Shown piece after piece: positions 21,763-32,645 of a DNA stretch of 64,000 bases. Under the pieces are notes generated by a model. The model ran no database searches. It had not been told where the DNA came from and was given only the letters and a program-made list of their open reading frames with translations. This DNA is from Cyanobacteriota bacterium (GTDB taxonomy: Bacteria > Cyanobacteriota > Cyanobacteriia > Cyanobacteriales > Nostocaceae). Location of the stretch: positions 32,001-96,000 of the forward strand of contig JBJOKS010000006.1 of assembly GCA_046045965.1 (NCBI GenBank), in the 5' to 3' direction. Position 1 is the first letter of the stretch. Each line of letters begins with the position of its first letter. A program made the position numbers and the translations under genes.

Positions 21763-23349
21763 ATGACTTCCTATTCACTTGAACCACAATTTTCTACACA
21801 ACCTCTCATCGAACCCAATGCTAATAAATATCAATTGGAAGTAGATACTAGAGATTGGGAATCTCAAATGGCCAGATTGGTTGGTTTTGAAGAAGAATCC
21901 CCCCAAGTCAACATTGACGCACCAGAAGCAGAAATAGACATCTTACAACCGTCCCCATCTCAGCCGCAAGAAGTTCCAACAGAACAACATCTTTCAGCTA
22001 ATCCCTTTGCTAAGTTAACCTTAGTAGGTAGTGCTACCTTGACCGTAGTGCTATTAGCTGGTGGTTTTCTATCGCAGATTATGAGTACCAGCAATCAAAA
22101 GCCCAAAAATAATCCTGTTTCTTCAACAGCAGCATTAGCACCAAAAATTGAACCCAGCCAGCAAAATTTAGCGCAGGAAATAGAGACTTTAAAAACAAAA
22201 TTGGCGCTTGCTGAACAAGCACAGGCTGTAACAGCAGCACAACAAAATTTGAGAAATAGAGCAACTTCACCGGTGGAAACTCCACGGCTAAACAACAGAA
22301 CACCAATACCTGTGCAAACTGCTTCTGCACCCCGCGTAGTCACAGTTGAGCGCATCATTGAAAAACCCTATTCTCCATTACCATCTGTCCCACCAGTTGC
22401 TGTTGTCCCGACCGTTGCACCATCAAACGACCCTCCAGAGGCCAACCCAGACACCCAACCATCTCCACCAGCTCCACCTGACCCCCTCGAAGAATGGACA
22501 AAATTAGCCAAGTTAGGTAGCTACGGTCAGGTTTACACTACTGGTCAATCTGGTGTGAATATCGCTCAAGTAGCTCCTCTTAATAATACTAATGTCAGCA
22601 AACAGCCAACCAACTTCAACCCGGAACCACCACCATCAGAGCCAGAAATTCTAGTCAGTCAAGCACAACAGCAAAACTCGAAATCAGTCAAAGTAGGAAC
22701 TAGTGCCAAAGCTGTATTGCTAACAGCTATATTTGGGGAAACGACAAAAGGAAGGAATAATGATCGGAATAATCAAAAAGATGAAAATACTGATGTATTT
22801 GTAGTGCAGTTGAAAGAACCACTAAAATCTCTGGATGGTGCGATCGCTTTACCTGCTAAGACTGAATTATTAACTCAAATTCGTTCTATTTCCGAACGAG
22901 GACTATTGCAGTTGGATGTAGTCAAAGTGATATCACAAGACAACGGCCAGCTTCAAGAAAAAAGCTTACCCAACAATGCAATTACTATTCGCGCTTCCCA
23001 AGGTAGACCGCTAGTAGCAAACAAATTTCCTAATAATGGCTCATCCATAGCCGGAATGGATGCCGGACTATTTGTTTTAGGAGGTGTCAGTAGAGCCGCA
23101 GAGTTATTAAATCGTATTGACACCCAAGTTACAACCAATTCTGGCAGCACTGTTGTTACCAACTCTAACGGCCAACGTAATCTAGCAGCGGGAATTGTGG
23201 AAGGTGGTTTAAAATCTATAGTTCCGCAAATTACCCAACGTAATCAACAAGCAATTTCTCAACTTATCCAACAAAGTAATACTAATGTTTGGTTGCTACC
23301 CGCTGGTCAAGAAGTGGAAATATATATTAATCGCACCATGCAATTTTAG
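21763..23349 (+). CDS. TrbI/VirB10-like protein
   Basis: TM, coiled coil, Pro-rich linker, C-terminal beta domain ending LPAGQEVEIYIN; ATG 21763 preferred. Confidence 0.7.
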   Translation: MTSYSLEPQFSTQPLIEPNANKYQLEVDTRDWESQMARLVGFEEESPQVNIDAPEAEIDILQPSPSQPQEVPTEQHLSANPFAKLTLVGSATLTVVLLAGGFLSQIMSTSNQKPKNNPVSSTAALAPKIEPSQQNLAQEIETLKTKLALAEQAQAVTAAQQNLRNRATSPVETPRLNNRTPIPVQTASAPRVVTVERIIEKPYSPLPSVPPVAVVPTVAPSNDPPEANPDTQPSPPAPPDPLEEWTKLAKLGSYGQVYTTGQSGVNIAQVAPLNNTNVSKQPTNFNPEPPPSEPEILVSQAQQQNSKSVKVGTSAKAVLLTAIFGETTKGRNNDRNNQKDENTDVFVVQLKEPLKSLDGAIALPAKTELLTQIRSISERGLLQLDVVKVISQDNGQLQEKSLPNNAITIRASQGRPLVANKFPNNGSSIAGMDAGLFVLGGVSRAAELLNRIDTQVTTNSGSTVVTNSNGQRNLAAGIVEGGLKSIVPQITQRNQQAISQLIQQSNTNVWLLPAGQEVEIYINRTMQF

Positions 23350-23361
23350 CTGTAAACAACT

Positions 23362-24033
23362 ATGAAACATCTTCATTTGACAACAAAAACTTCAAATAAG
23401 ACCAATTTGAAAAATGATAGCGGCAAATGGATTTATAGACTCTATCTGCATAATTTTCTTCCCCATCGAGAATCTAAAATCCAAAATCCAAAATCGTATT
23501 ATCCTCATTTATTACCTCTGGCTTCCCTGGTGTTCTCAGTGGCCATGTTATTGTTGGCGGGTCGTGCTGTAGCTAATAATGCTGTTCTCCGTTCCCTGTT
23601 TTCCTGTCAAGCGCAGGGTTTATCAGGAATTGTACCAACTATTGAGGTTTCCTATCAACAAGGTACAAATTTAAGCTTTCTTCCTGCTGGTGAAACCATT
23701 AGAAAAGTTTGGTTAAATGACCCGTCACAGGTGACAATGGATTTTGATGGACCGATGTGTACGCAGTTCGGAGAAGAACCCAAACTGAGTGCAGGGGACT
23801 GTAAAAACTCAGCAGCAAATGTCATTCAACTGCGACGAATTGAAAGGCTAAAAATTCCGGGATTACCCAAAATGGACAACACACTTTTAACAGTAATTAC
23901 CGAAAGGCAAGGAAAAAACAAGCTCTATACTTTTAGAATACTATATAAAGATGTTGCGCCTGGGTATCACACGTTAGCTATTTATCAAGATTCATCTTCT
24001 AATGGGGCAAATTGTGCCAGAAGTGCATATTAA
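23362..24033 (+). CDS. VirB9-like periplasmic protein
   Basis: Signal-like helix, GTNLSF..GETIRKVWLNDPS, LLTVIT..KLYTFRI. Confidence 0.55.
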   Translation: MKHLHLTTKTSNKTNLKNDSGKWIYRLYLHNFLPHRESKIQNPKSYYPHLLPLASLVFSVAMLLLAGRAVANNAVLRSLFSCQAQGLSGIVPTIEVSYQQGTNLSFLPAGETIRKVWLNDPSQVTMDFDGPMCTQFGEEPKLSAGDCKNSAANVIQLRRIERLKIPGLPKMDNTLLTVITERQGKNKLYTFRILYKDVAPGYHTLAIYQDSSSNGANCARSAY

Positions 24034-24178
24034 TTCATATTACCTGAATCACAGAAAACTCAGTAGATGGCATCAATAGCAACCTGGACTTGAGCAGATG
24101 TTAAAATCATCTGGAACATTTCTACCCGCTATTCGACTTACAATTTAACAGTAGAACTTCTAATATGTGGTGAGAATT

Positions 24179-24715
24179 ATGAAACGCTTTCTTAAGTCTT
24201 TGGTAACAATTTCTGCTTTATCTTCCTTGGTAATTGCTCCCGCATTTCTGTCAGTTGGTAAAGCTGCTGCCGAAACCCAAAAAGGCACAGATGCCAGTTA
24301 TATTGGTGTTGGTGTAGCTGCTGGTGTTACTAATGGTGGACAAAACAACGATGCTGCTACCTTTGGTGGCAATGTCACAGGTCGTTTAAAATTGGGAAAT
24401 ACACCTTTTTCTGCACGGGGTAATGTCCTCTGGAGCGATGAAACCTCTGCTATCATTCCTGAACTTTCTGTAGATGTACCTATTGCTAATAAAACCAATG
24501 TCTTTGTTACTGGTGGCTATTCTTTTGTAGAGTCAGATGGTAGACCAACACCTTTGGGTAACAGAGATTCCGTAGTTGTAGGTGCTGGGGTAGAATCTGA
24601 AGTGACTAAAAACTTCCTCGTCTACACTAACGCTAAACTTGGACTGGGTGCATACCAAAATAGTGATGCTTCTGCTGTTAGCATCAATGGTGGTATCGGC
24701 TATCGCTTTAAGTAA
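24179..24715 (+). CDS. Outer-membrane beta-barrel protein
   Basis: Signal peptide, amphipathic beta strands, C-terminal GIGYRFK. Confidence 0.8.
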   Translation: MKRFLKSLVTISALSSLVIAPAFLSVGKAAAETQKGTDASYIGVGVAAGVTNGGQNNDAATFGGNVTGRLKLGNTPFSARGNVLWSDETSAIIPELSVDVPIANKTNVFVTGGYSFVESDGRPTPLGNRDSVVVGAGVESEVTKNFLVYTNAKLGLGAYQNSDASAVSINGGIGYRFK

Positions 24716-24718
24716 GTA

Positions 24719-24781
24719 GGTGATTGGTGATTGGTGATTGGTGACTGGGTAAAAATGACTAATAACTAATGACCAATGACA
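24719..24781. repeat. STRR (GGTGATT)n and (AATGACY)n
   Basis: Visible in sequence. Confidence 0.85.
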
Positions 24782-25052
24782 ACTGCTCAGGTACTTGTTG
24801 ACATAATACATATTTATAGCTATATGTCAACAGATAAAAACAAAAATATTTTGTGTTTATTTACATCTATCTACTGAACTTGCTGGTTTTGTTAAGTGTG
24901 AAATCACTAATGAAGCCGGCTTTTCACTGTGTTAAAATTAAGTTATTATTCATAATTCCAAGTGGATTTTTGGTGTTCTACCAGCAGAAAAGGTATAGCT
25001 AAATTCCTAATTAGACTTTAACTGCTGCATTATTGAGAAACATACTACTGTA

Positions 25053-26966
25053 ATGGTTAACTCTGCTCCTTCTTCCGTTAACAACCGTAAACCTTCCAAA
25101 GTCGAAGGTATCAAAGAAAATAGTAATTTTTTGCGTGAACCTGTAGCTACTGAAATTCTTGAGGATACAACCCATTTTAGTGAAGATGCGATCCAAATTC
25201 TCAAGTTTCACGGGTCTTATCAACAGGATAACCGTGATAATCGTGTCAAGGGACAGGAAAAAGATTACCAAATGATGCTGCGGACAAAAAACCCTGGTGG
25301 GTTAGTACCACCTCAGCTATATTTGGCTTTAGATACATTGGCGGATGAATATGGTAATCATACGTTAAGAGCTACTACCCGCCAAGGTTTTCAGCTACAT
25401 GGGATTTTGAAAAAGAATCTCAAAGCAGCGATCGCCACAATTGTCAAGAATTTGGGTTCTACTTTGGGTGCTTGTGGTGATATCAACCGCAACGTTATGG
25501 CTCCCCCCGCACCATTTAAAAATCGTCCAGAATATCAGTATGCTTGGGAATATGCCCAAAATATTGCTGATTTGCTTTCACCCCAAACCGGCGCTTATTA
25601 TGAAATTTGGTTGGATGGGGAAAAAGCCATTAGTGCTGAAGAACACCCAGATGTGAAAGCAGCACGACAGAAAAATGGGACTGGGACTATTATTCATGAT
25701 TCCGTAGAACCAATCTATGGTACTCATTATATGCCCCGCAAATTCAAAGTTTGCGTAACCGTTCCCGGTGATAATTCTGTAGATTTGTATTCCCAGGATT
25801 TAACATTGGTAGTAATGACCAATAAAAAAGGGGAATTACAAGGTTTTAACGTCTTTGCTGGTGGTGGTTTAGGAAGAACTCACAATAAGGAAGAAACCTT
25901 TGCGCGAGTCGCTGATCCAATTTGCTATGTGGCAAAGGATGATGTTTATGATATCGTCAAGGCGATTGTTGCTACTCAAAGAGATTATGGCGATCGCACC
26001 GACAGAAGACACGCCAGATTAAAATATTTAATCAATGATTGGGGTGTAGACAAATTCCGCACTCAAGTGGAAGAATACTTTGGTAAAGCTGTCGAACCGT
26101 TTAAACAATTACCGAAATTCAAATATCAAGATTATTTGGGATGGAATGAACAAGGGGACGGTAAACTGTTCTTGGGTATTTCCATTGATAATGGTCGGGT
26201 AAAAGATGAAGGTTCTTTTCAACTCAAAACCGCTTTACGGACAATAGTTGAACAGTTTAACCTGCCTATTCGTCTCACAGGCAACCAAAACCTGATTTTT
26301 TACGATATTTTACCAGAAAACAAAGAAGCGATTCAAGAAATTTTGGATAAATGTGGTGTTATTGCTGATCCTAGTCAAATCGCAGCCTTAACCCGCTATG
26401 CTATGGCTTGTCCCGCTTTACCTACCTGCGGTTTAGCAATTACCGAGTCAGAAAGGGCAATTCCTGGTATTTTAGAAAGAATCCGCGCTTTATTAGATAA
26501 AGTGGGTTTACAAAAAGACCATTTTGTGGTAAGGATGACAGGATGCCCTAATGGTTGCGCTCGTCCTTATATGGCAGAATTAGGTTTTGTAGGTAGCGCA
26601 CCAGAATCTTATCAAGTTTGGTTGGGTGGTTCACCAGATCAAACGCGGTTAGCTCAACCTATCATTGAAAAGCTGCACGACAATGACATCGAAAGCTTTT
26701 TAGAGCCGATTTTTGTCTATTTTAAAAAGTTCCGCAAGGGTAAAGAGAGTTTTGGTGATTTTTGCGATCGCATTGGTTTTGATGCTATCCGCGAATTTTC
26801 AGCCACTTACACACCTGGAGAACCTAGCAGCAGCGGAAAATCTCGTCATCGGGTGAGTTTACGGGATGATGTTTATGAGCAACTCAAGGAAACCGCAGAA
26901 AAGCTGAATAAACCTATGACTGAGTTGGTACACGAAGCTTTGGATAAGTATTTCCAAAGTCTGTAG
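25053..26966 (+). CDS. sir: Ferredoxin-dependent sulfite reductase
   Basis: [23 protein letters not shown] and [11 protein letters not shown] siroheme/4Fe-4S motifs. Confidence 0.96.
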   Translation: MVNSAPSSVNNRKPSKVEGIKENSNFLREPVATEILEDTTHFSEDAIQILKFHGSYQQDNRDNRVKGQEKDYQMMLRTKNPGGLVPPQLYLALDTLADEYGNHTLRATTRQGFQLHGILKKNLKAAIATIVKNLGSTLGACGDINRNVMAPPAPFKNRPEYQYAWEYAQNIADLLSPQTGAYYEIWLDGEKAISAEEHPDVKAARQKNGTGTIIHDSVEPIYGTHYMPRKFKVCVTVPGDNSVDLYSQDLTLVVMTNKKGELQGFNVFAGGGLGRTHNKEETFARVADPICYVAKDDVYDIVKAIVATQRDYGDRTDRRHARLKYLINDWGVDKFRTQVEEYFGKAVEPFKQLPKFKYQDYLGWNEQGDGKLFLGISIDNGRVKDEGSFQLKTALRTIVEQFNLPIRLTGNQNLIFYDILPENKEAIQEILDKCGVIADPSQIAALTRYAMACPALPTCGLAITESERAIPGILERIRALLDKVGLQKDHFVVRMTGCPNGCARPYMAELGFVGSAPESYQVWLGGSPDQTRLAQPIIEKLHDNDIESFLEPIFVYFKKFRKGKESFGDFCDRIGFDAIREFSATYTPGEPSSSGKSRHRVSLRDDVYEQLKETAEKLNKPMTELVHEALDKYFQSL

Positions 26967-26974
26967 AACGATAT

Positions 26975-27022
26975 TCTCACGCAAAGGCGCAAAGACGCAA
27001 AGTTTTTAGTTTTTGCGTGAGA
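26975..27022. repeat. Palindromic dispersed repeat TCTCACGCAAAGGCGCAAAG...TTTGCGTGAGA
   Basis: Same family as the mrr-flanking arms; another degenerate copy at 29484-29539. Confidence 0.75.
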
Positions 27023-27171
27023 TTTACAAGCAATATTAAATCTTTAGGACTTACAGCAAATATCTCCAAAACTCTGTGTTCTCTGTACCTCTGTGGTTCG
27101 TTACAATTAAGACATAAAAGACACAAAGAGAACAAAAGGGAAAAAATTTTTGATCAAATCATCGTTAAGAC

Positions 27172-27200
27172 TTGACAAGTCGCAAATATTATTTTATGCT
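27172..27200 (+). promoter_or_regulatory. Sigma70-type promoter
   Basis: TTGACA-N17-TATGCT. Confidence 0.55.
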
Positions 27201-27381
27201 ATATGTTATGAGTGGGAAAGTGTGCGCCCATATATAACGGGTTTTTAATTATCAACATTATTATTTGCGATCGCATCCTGTAAATCTTTTATTTTTGACT
27301 TTTGACTTTTGACTTCCCGAAGGGTGTCCTGATGCTGACAAAAAATGTTAAATTTGCTATATATTGCTTTAAGGTTCAGGT

Positions 27382-27861
27382 ATGACGATCAGAACAATAC
27401 CATCTCTTCAACCTAACCTGTATGAAGAAGATTATTATTTATGGATAGAAACTACTCTTCAACAAATACAAAATCAAGATATTGAAAATTTAGATTGGTC
27501 ACATTTAGCAGAAGAGATAGAAGCTTTGGGAATTGAACAAAGACGAAAAGTAGAAAGTTATCTCAAGCAACTATTAATTCATCTTCTGCTTTATTGTTAT
27601 TGGGAAAGTGAAAGAGAATTTTGTCAACGGGGTTGGAAAAATGAAATTGCTAATTTTCGTGATGAATTAGAATTTTCTTGTCGTTCTAAAACACTATATA
27701 ATTATTTTTTGAGTTGTTTAGATTCTGTTTATCTCAAAGCGAGAAAACAAGCGATTCAAAAAACAGGTTTACCGAGTGTAACTTTTCCTGAACAATGTCC
27801 TTTTACTCCTGAAGAAATTTTAAATAGTGATTATTTTCCTGATTCTGACAAAAGCGTATAA
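27382..27861 (+). CDS. DUF29 family protein
   Basis: LYEEDYYLW, LDWSHLAEEIEALG, FPEQCPFT motifs. Confidence 0.9.
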   Translation: MTIRTIPSLQPNLYEEDYYLWIETTLQQIQNQDIENLDWSHLAEEIEALGIEQRRKVESYLKQLLIHLLLYCYWESEREFCQRGWKNEIANFRDELEFSCRSKTLYNYFLSCLDSVYLKARKQAIQKTGLPSVTFPEQCPFTPEEILNSDYFPDSDKSV

Positions 27862-27865
27862 TAAT

Positions 27866-28684
27866 TTATTGTCCATGAAATTTAATCATTCTACTGTTTA
27901 CAGGTTGCACTGGACGAGCATTTACTTGATATAAACTTTGGAAAGCTGCAATTTGTTTTTCTGAAACTTGAATCGGTTCAATTAACAAATTCCATTTTAC
28001 ATTTTCACTGCATGGTGGTGTAGTTAGTGAACCACTATAACTGAAAAAAGCTTTATTTTTAGGCAATAAATTAGCAGCATTAATGGTAGAATTTTGAACT
28101 TCATTGTTTTTTTCCACTGTGGAAATATGCTGCCATATTTGAGCAATAAAGGGATTATTTGTACCTTTATTTATCATCACTCCCACAACTGCTAGTTGAT
28201 TTTTAGCATTGCGGTGAACCAAGTGCATTTCTAGAGCAGAGGCTTTATTATTAATAGTATGTTCGCTAGGTGTGTGAAAATGAAATTGGATAAGTTCATA
28301 TTCATCATCGTTAAGTTTCATGGTGCTACCTGGTTGATAATTTACTTGCACAGTATGACCATTATTCACAACTAATAAAGGTGTTGGTTGATAGTTAAAC
28401 TGTATTTTAATGGGAGTTCCTTCTACTGCATTATTGATATTAATAGGAGATTGATTTTTCCCCAGTTCACAAAGAGCAAAGTTAGGACTGATTTCTCCCC
28501 ATTGAGTAGGATTATTTGCACCTCCATAACTCCAATTTGGCTTATTTTCTTCAGCTATAACTTGTGTAGAAAACACAACCATCAAGCCTATTAAAAATGT
28601 TAAAATTATGAACAGATTGCTAGATAAAATATTTTTTACTTTCCCGCTTAATTTCATAATGCTATATCTATACTTGAAAAACAC
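27866..28684 (-). CDS. ecaA: Alpha-class carbonic anhydrase, periplasmic (EcaA-like)
   Basis: WSY..QSPINI, QFHFHTPSEH, LEMHLVH, GSLTTPPC; signal peptide; start uncertain. Confidence 0.92.
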   Translation of the reverse strand: MFFKYRYSIMKLSGKVKNILSSNLFIILTFLIGLMVVFSTQVIAEENKPNWSYGGANNPTQWGEISPNFALCELGKNQSPININNAVEGTPIKIQFNYQPTPLLVVNNGHTVQVNYQPGSTMKLNDDEYELIQFHFHTPSEHTINNKASALEMHLVHRNAKNQLAVVGVMINKGTNNPFIAQIWQHISTVEKNNEVQNSTINAANLLPKNKAFFSYSGSLTTPPCSENVKWNLLIEPIQVSEKQIAAFQSLYQVNARPVQPVNSRMIKFHGQ

Positions 28685-28716
28685 TATAATCTCTCAACGG
28701 AAACAATACAAGTAAA

Positions 28717-29415
28717 ATGCAACGGATTACAATTCAATCTTCTCAACTTCAAGAAAAACAACTTTTATTAACACCCCAACAACAACATTATTTATTGCGA
28801 GTGTTGCGTTTACAAGATGGGGATAAATTTATTGCGATGGATGGTATGGGTAAATGGTGGTTAACCCAATTAACAGGGGAAACAGGAGAAATTTTAGAAT
28901 TATTAGAAGTGAAAACAGAGTTACCTGTCTCTATCACTTTGATGGTAGCTTTACCCAAAGGAAATGGTTTTGATGATGTGGTTCGATGTTGTACAGAATT
29001 GGGTGTAACTTGTATTTTACCAGTTTTGAGCGATCGCACCCTATTAAATCCCAGTCCACAAAAATTAGAACGCTGGAGACGCATAGCTGCTGAAGCTGCG
29101 GAACAGTCAGAACGCGCTTTTGTCCCCACCATATTAGAACCTATAGCTTTTAGCACCGCATTAAGTGAATGTAAAGTAAATCACCGTTATATCTGTGAAG
29201 CGCGTGGAGATTATCTGCATTTGAAAAAAGTGCTAAATAACTGCTCTGATGAAATTATAATTGCGATCGGACCAGAAGGGGGATGGACAGAGAAAGAAGT
29301 TTCAATGGCCATAAACGCAGAATTTCAGCCTGTTTCCCTGGGTTGTCGTATTCTTCGCGCAGTCACCGCTCCAATTGTAGCATTATCCTTGATTGCCGCT
29401 GCTTGTGAAGCCTAA
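28717..29415 (+). CDS. rsmE: 16S rRNA m3U1498 methyltransferase
   Basis: HYLLRVLRL, EAAEQSER, IGPEGG, SLG.RILRA. Confidence 0.95.
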   Translation: MQRITIQSSQLQEKQLLLTPQQQHYLLRVLRLQDGDKFIAMDGMGKWWLTQLTGETGEILELLEVKTELPVSITLMVALPKGNGFDDVVRCCTELGVTCILPVLSDRTLLNPSPQKLERWRRIAAEAAEQSERAFVPTILEPIAFSTALSECKVNHRYICEARGDYLHLKKVLNNCSDEIIIAIGPEGGWTEKEVSMAINAEFQPVSLGCRILRAVTAPIVALSLIAAACEA

Positions 29416-29564
29416 ACCGCAATACTTTGTGATAATTATTCAAAAGTGAATGTAATCTGCGGAATGTGGGTATAAATTATATATCTCACGCTCCAAGATC
29501 AAAATAACGCTTTTTGCATCTTTGCTTCTAGGCGTGAGACATTCATTTAAGTTTATATAAAGTT

Positions 29565-30647
29565 ATGTTGGAAGAAGTTATCAACGCCTTTGAACGCCAA
29601 GACTACCAAACCGCAGCTAAATTAATTAAACCATTACTCAAACAATCACCGGAAGATCCTTGGGTGCAATTTTATCTGGCAAGGTTACAAGAAGTTTATG
29701 GAAAGCGACAAGAAGCAGAAAAAATTTATCGTCAACTGCTAAAAGTCACCATCAATAACAAAATATTATCACAAGCACGTCAAGGTTTGCAAAGAATCAA
29801 AGAATTTGAACAAGAAGAAAGACAAAAAGCTATTGTTCAAGCAACATCAGAACCAAGTAACATCGAACAGGGAATATTAGTTTTAGAACCAATTAACAGT
29901 GAACAAAAAACCATAGCTGCGCCAAAATTTGCCCAAATTATGCAAATAGATGCCTACTCAGCCCGAATGATGTTACCAAGTCGCAGTTGGAGAGTATACC
30001 GGACAGGAAAAATAGGTGAAATGCAATTTTATGGTACACAGCTACAACAAGCTGGAATTCCCTGCTTTTGGCTGAAAATATCCCAAATTCAACAAATTCA
30101 AGTATATCAAGTCAAACATTTCTCCAACTCGTCACCAAACCCCAATGTTGTATGTCTTAATTCAGAAAATAAACCTGGTTCTTTTAGTTTTGAATGGTCA
30201 GAAGTCACAGCGAGAGTTGTAGGACTATTACCTATTTTTGAACAGGTTGTAGATATCAATGTCCGTGGTAAATTAGAACGTAAAACCCAAACTCAAGACT
30301 ATGCCCAATTTTGTGATTTACACCTACCTGGAAAACGTACCATTTTGCGAATTTACGACAATGGCTATGAATTTCAACAAGGTTTAGAAATCACACCCCA
30401 AGCCACACAAAACACAATTAGAATAAACTGGAATGGTTTGATGAATTGGGTTGAGAAAAAATTACCTCTAGTTCAAGTTTGGTCAGAATTCCAGCCTTTT
30501 GGAGAAAAAGTTTTAGATCAAACAGAAGTCTTAAATCAAATTCCCTCTCATATTCAACTTTTTAGGAGAGAACAGACTAATTGGGATGCAGCATTTCAGT
30601 TATACAGTGGAATTGTATTTGTTAAAAATGCATCAACCAATTTATAG
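29565..30647 (+). CDS. TPR-containing protein
   Basis: N-terminal TPR-like helices. Confidence 0.8.
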   Translation: MLEEVINAFERQDYQTAAKLIKPLLKQSPEDPWVQFYLARLQEVYGKRQEAEKIYRQLLKVTINNKILSQARQGLQRIKEFEQEERQKAIVQATSEPSNIEQGILVLEPINSEQKTIAAPKFAQIMQIDAYSARMMLPSRSWRVYRTGKIGEMQFYGTQLQQAGIPCFWLKISQIQQIQVYQVKHFSNSSPNPNVVCLNSENKPGSFSFEWSEVTARVVGLLPIFEQVVDINVRGKLERKTQTQDYAQFCDLHLPGKRTILRIYDNGYEFQQGLEITPQATQNTIRINWNGLMNWVEKKLPLVQVWSEFQPFGEKVLDQTEVLNQIPSHIQLFRREQTNWDAAFQLYSGIVFVKNASTNL

Positions 30648-30692
30648 ATAAGGAAATTTGAGATTTTGGATTAAAAGTAGGACTTATTTTCT

Positions 30693-30717
30693 GTTTGAGG
30701 ACTAAAGTCCTCACTAC
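30693..30717. repeat. Palindromic dispersed repeat TGAGGACTAAAGTCCTCACTAC
   Basis: Hairpin in intergenic region next to (AAAATCY)n STRR at 30750-30781. Confidence 0.6.
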
Positions 30718-30785
30718 GAGCAATATACTCTATATTCAACAAGTTAATTAATCCAAAATCTAAAATCCAAAATCTAAAATTGAAT

Positions 30786-31127
30786 TTATCCAGGTACTTT
30801 CGCTTGACTTGCCATATCCAGAAAACTATTCATGTTCGCACCAGGACGACGACGACCAGAAGATGGAGTAATTAAATATTTAGTGGCAAAATTTGTTTCA
30901 GTTGCTACTGCTGGTTGTGCTGGTGCTGGTTTGGGTGCTTTAGCAGGTTCTGGTTTGGGGGTTGCTGCTTTAGCGGGTTCTGCTGTTACTGGTGCTGCTG
31001 GTGCTGCTGCTGGTTTGGTTTCTCCAGCTTCTTCTTTTAGTTCCAAGTAGTATTCATCTTTTTTGCCAAATAACCCACCGATGAAACTGAAAATACCACC
31101 GATTAAATTTTTGATAAATCCAAACAT
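30786..31127 (-). CDS. Small Pro/Ala-rich conserved protein
   Basis: MFGFIKNL amphipathic N-terminus, RRRPGANM C-terminal motif. Confidence 0.8.
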   Translation of the reverse strand: MFGFIKNLIGGIFSFIGGLFGKKDEYYLELKEEAGETKPAAAPAAPVTAEPAKAATPKPEPAKAPKPAPAQPAVATETNFATKYLITPSSGRRRPGANMNSFLDMASQAKVPG

Positions 31128-31480
31128 GACAATTTCTCCTGTCTTAATATTTTGCAAGATCACCGCAATTGTTAATTATTTCAACATAATTTTACATTTT
31201 GTTGCCATAATTGCCGACGGTAATAATTTTAAGGATTTTTACTTGATCGCCTTGTAGTCATTCCTTATGGCAATTGTTATGACTTCATTACAACCATTAC
31301 CAACTGATGAATACTAGCGAAATCATTATTAAATCTTACCGTATCTATAAGCAAGATTATGAGACTTTTCTTAACAAAAATTAACAATAACTGGTTAGCT
31401 GCAAAAACTGTCATATTCTCTTGGCGGCTAGGTGAGATACTCGGTTAGATTTTCTACAGAGTTAATGCAGAATAGTTGTA

Positions 31481-32089
31481 ATGGATACTAAAAAGCAACA
31501 GCGCCATCCTGTTTTATTAGTACACGGTATTAATGATACTGGGGCGGTTTTCAATAAAATGGCGTTTTACCTCAAACAACGGGGATGGTCTGTTTATACC
31601 CTCGATTTAGTACCTAATAATGGTTCTGCACTTTTAGATAAGTTAGCACAGCAGGTAGCTGAATATGTAACCGCTACCTTTGCACCAGAACAACCATTAG
31701 ACATAGTGGGTTTTAGTATGGGGGGAATAGTCAGCCGTTATTATATTCAAAGATTGGGAGGAATAGAGAGAGTTAAGAGGTTTATTACTATTTCTTCACC
31801 ACATAATGGAACAAATATTGCATATTTAGCTTGGTTAAAGGGTGCTTTACAAATGCAGCCTGATAGTGATTTTTTAAATGATTTAAATTCTGATGTTGAG
31901 ATGTTGAAAAAATTGAATTTCACATCTATTTGGACACCTTATGATTTAATGATTGTACCTGCGGAAAGTTCAAGAATACCTTTTGGTAAAGAAGTTATTT
32001 TACCCGTTGCTTTGCATCCTTGGATGTTAACAGATAAGAGGACTTTTGAAGTAGTAGCAGCAGCATTAGATGAACCAATCAGTTATTAG
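31481..32089 (+). CDS. Lipase/esterase (alpha/beta hydrolase)
   Basis: LVHG and GFSMGG nucleophile elbow. Confidence 0.9.
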   Translation: MDTKKQQRHPVLLVHGINDTGAVFNKMAFYLKQRGWSVYTLDLVPNNGSALLDKLAQQVAEYVTATFAPEQPLDIVGFSMGGIVSRYYIQRLGGIERVKRFITISSPHNGTNIAYLAWLKGALQMQPDSDFLNDLNSDVEMLKKLNFTSIWTPYDLMIVPAESSRIPFGKEVILPVALHPWMLTDKRTFEVVAAALDEPISY

Positions 32090-32108
32090 TTTTTTCCCCA
32101 ATTACCAA

Positions 32109-32537
32109 TTACATATCACCAATTTCTGTATATTCAGAACTGGCAAAAATTGCTTCTGGATAACGATAATATTTAAATTCCATTAAGTTGTAAAAAGGAT
32201 CTTCTAAAAAGAAAGTGCGATGTTCTAGGGGAGAACCAATAAAACGGTTTTTGGGTTCTTCTCTAAATTTTAAATCTTTGATTTTTGACCTTTCTAGTAA
32301 TTCTTGCCAGTCTTTTTCATGGGTAAAAATTAAACCAAAATGTCGGGGATAAATCGCCTTTTGAGGTGTTAAAGGTTCTTTGGTGATGTGTGCGACTAAT
32401 TGATGTCCGTAAAGGTTGAGAATTAACGCATGGGGGTTTTCTCGTCCGGGTATGCAGCCTAAACCATCAACGTAAAAGGCTTTGGTTTGGGGGATGTTGG
32501 TGACGGGGAAAGCGAGGTGAAATATGGCTTTGTTCAT
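32109..32537 (-). CDS. VOC/glyoxalase family protein
   Basis: FHLAFPV, RHFGLI, FLEDPFYNLMEFK. Confidence 0.9.
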   Translation of the reverse strand: MNKAIFHLAFPVTNIPQTKAFYVDGLGCIPGRENPHALILNLYGHQLVAHITKEPLTPQKAIYPRHFGLIFTHEKDWQELLERSKIKDLKFREEPKNRFIGSPLEHRTFFLEDPFYNLMEFKYYRYPEAIFASSEYTEIGDM

Positions 32538-32599
32538 GGTGGGAGTGGGTTAGAAGGTACAACTATTTTCAGGTAAATAAACTATATTTTAAATTTTTG

Positions 32600-32634
32600 G
32601 TTTACAATAAATATACTAACACAAATTTGTAAAC
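32600..32634. promoter_or_regulatory. Inverted repeat, putative operator of the XRE-ImmA gene
   Basis: GTTTACAA-N19-TTGTAAAC, 11 nt before the ATG. Confidence 0.45.
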
Positions 32635-32645
32635 TAACCACCGTA

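Noticed and set aside
24113..24140. ECF-type promoter (GGAAC-N17-GACT) before the OMP
   Set aside because: Short motif with an imperfect -10; cannot be supported without TSS data
27222..27240. Group II intron 5' end (GTGCG)
   Set aside because: No further intron domains or RT follow
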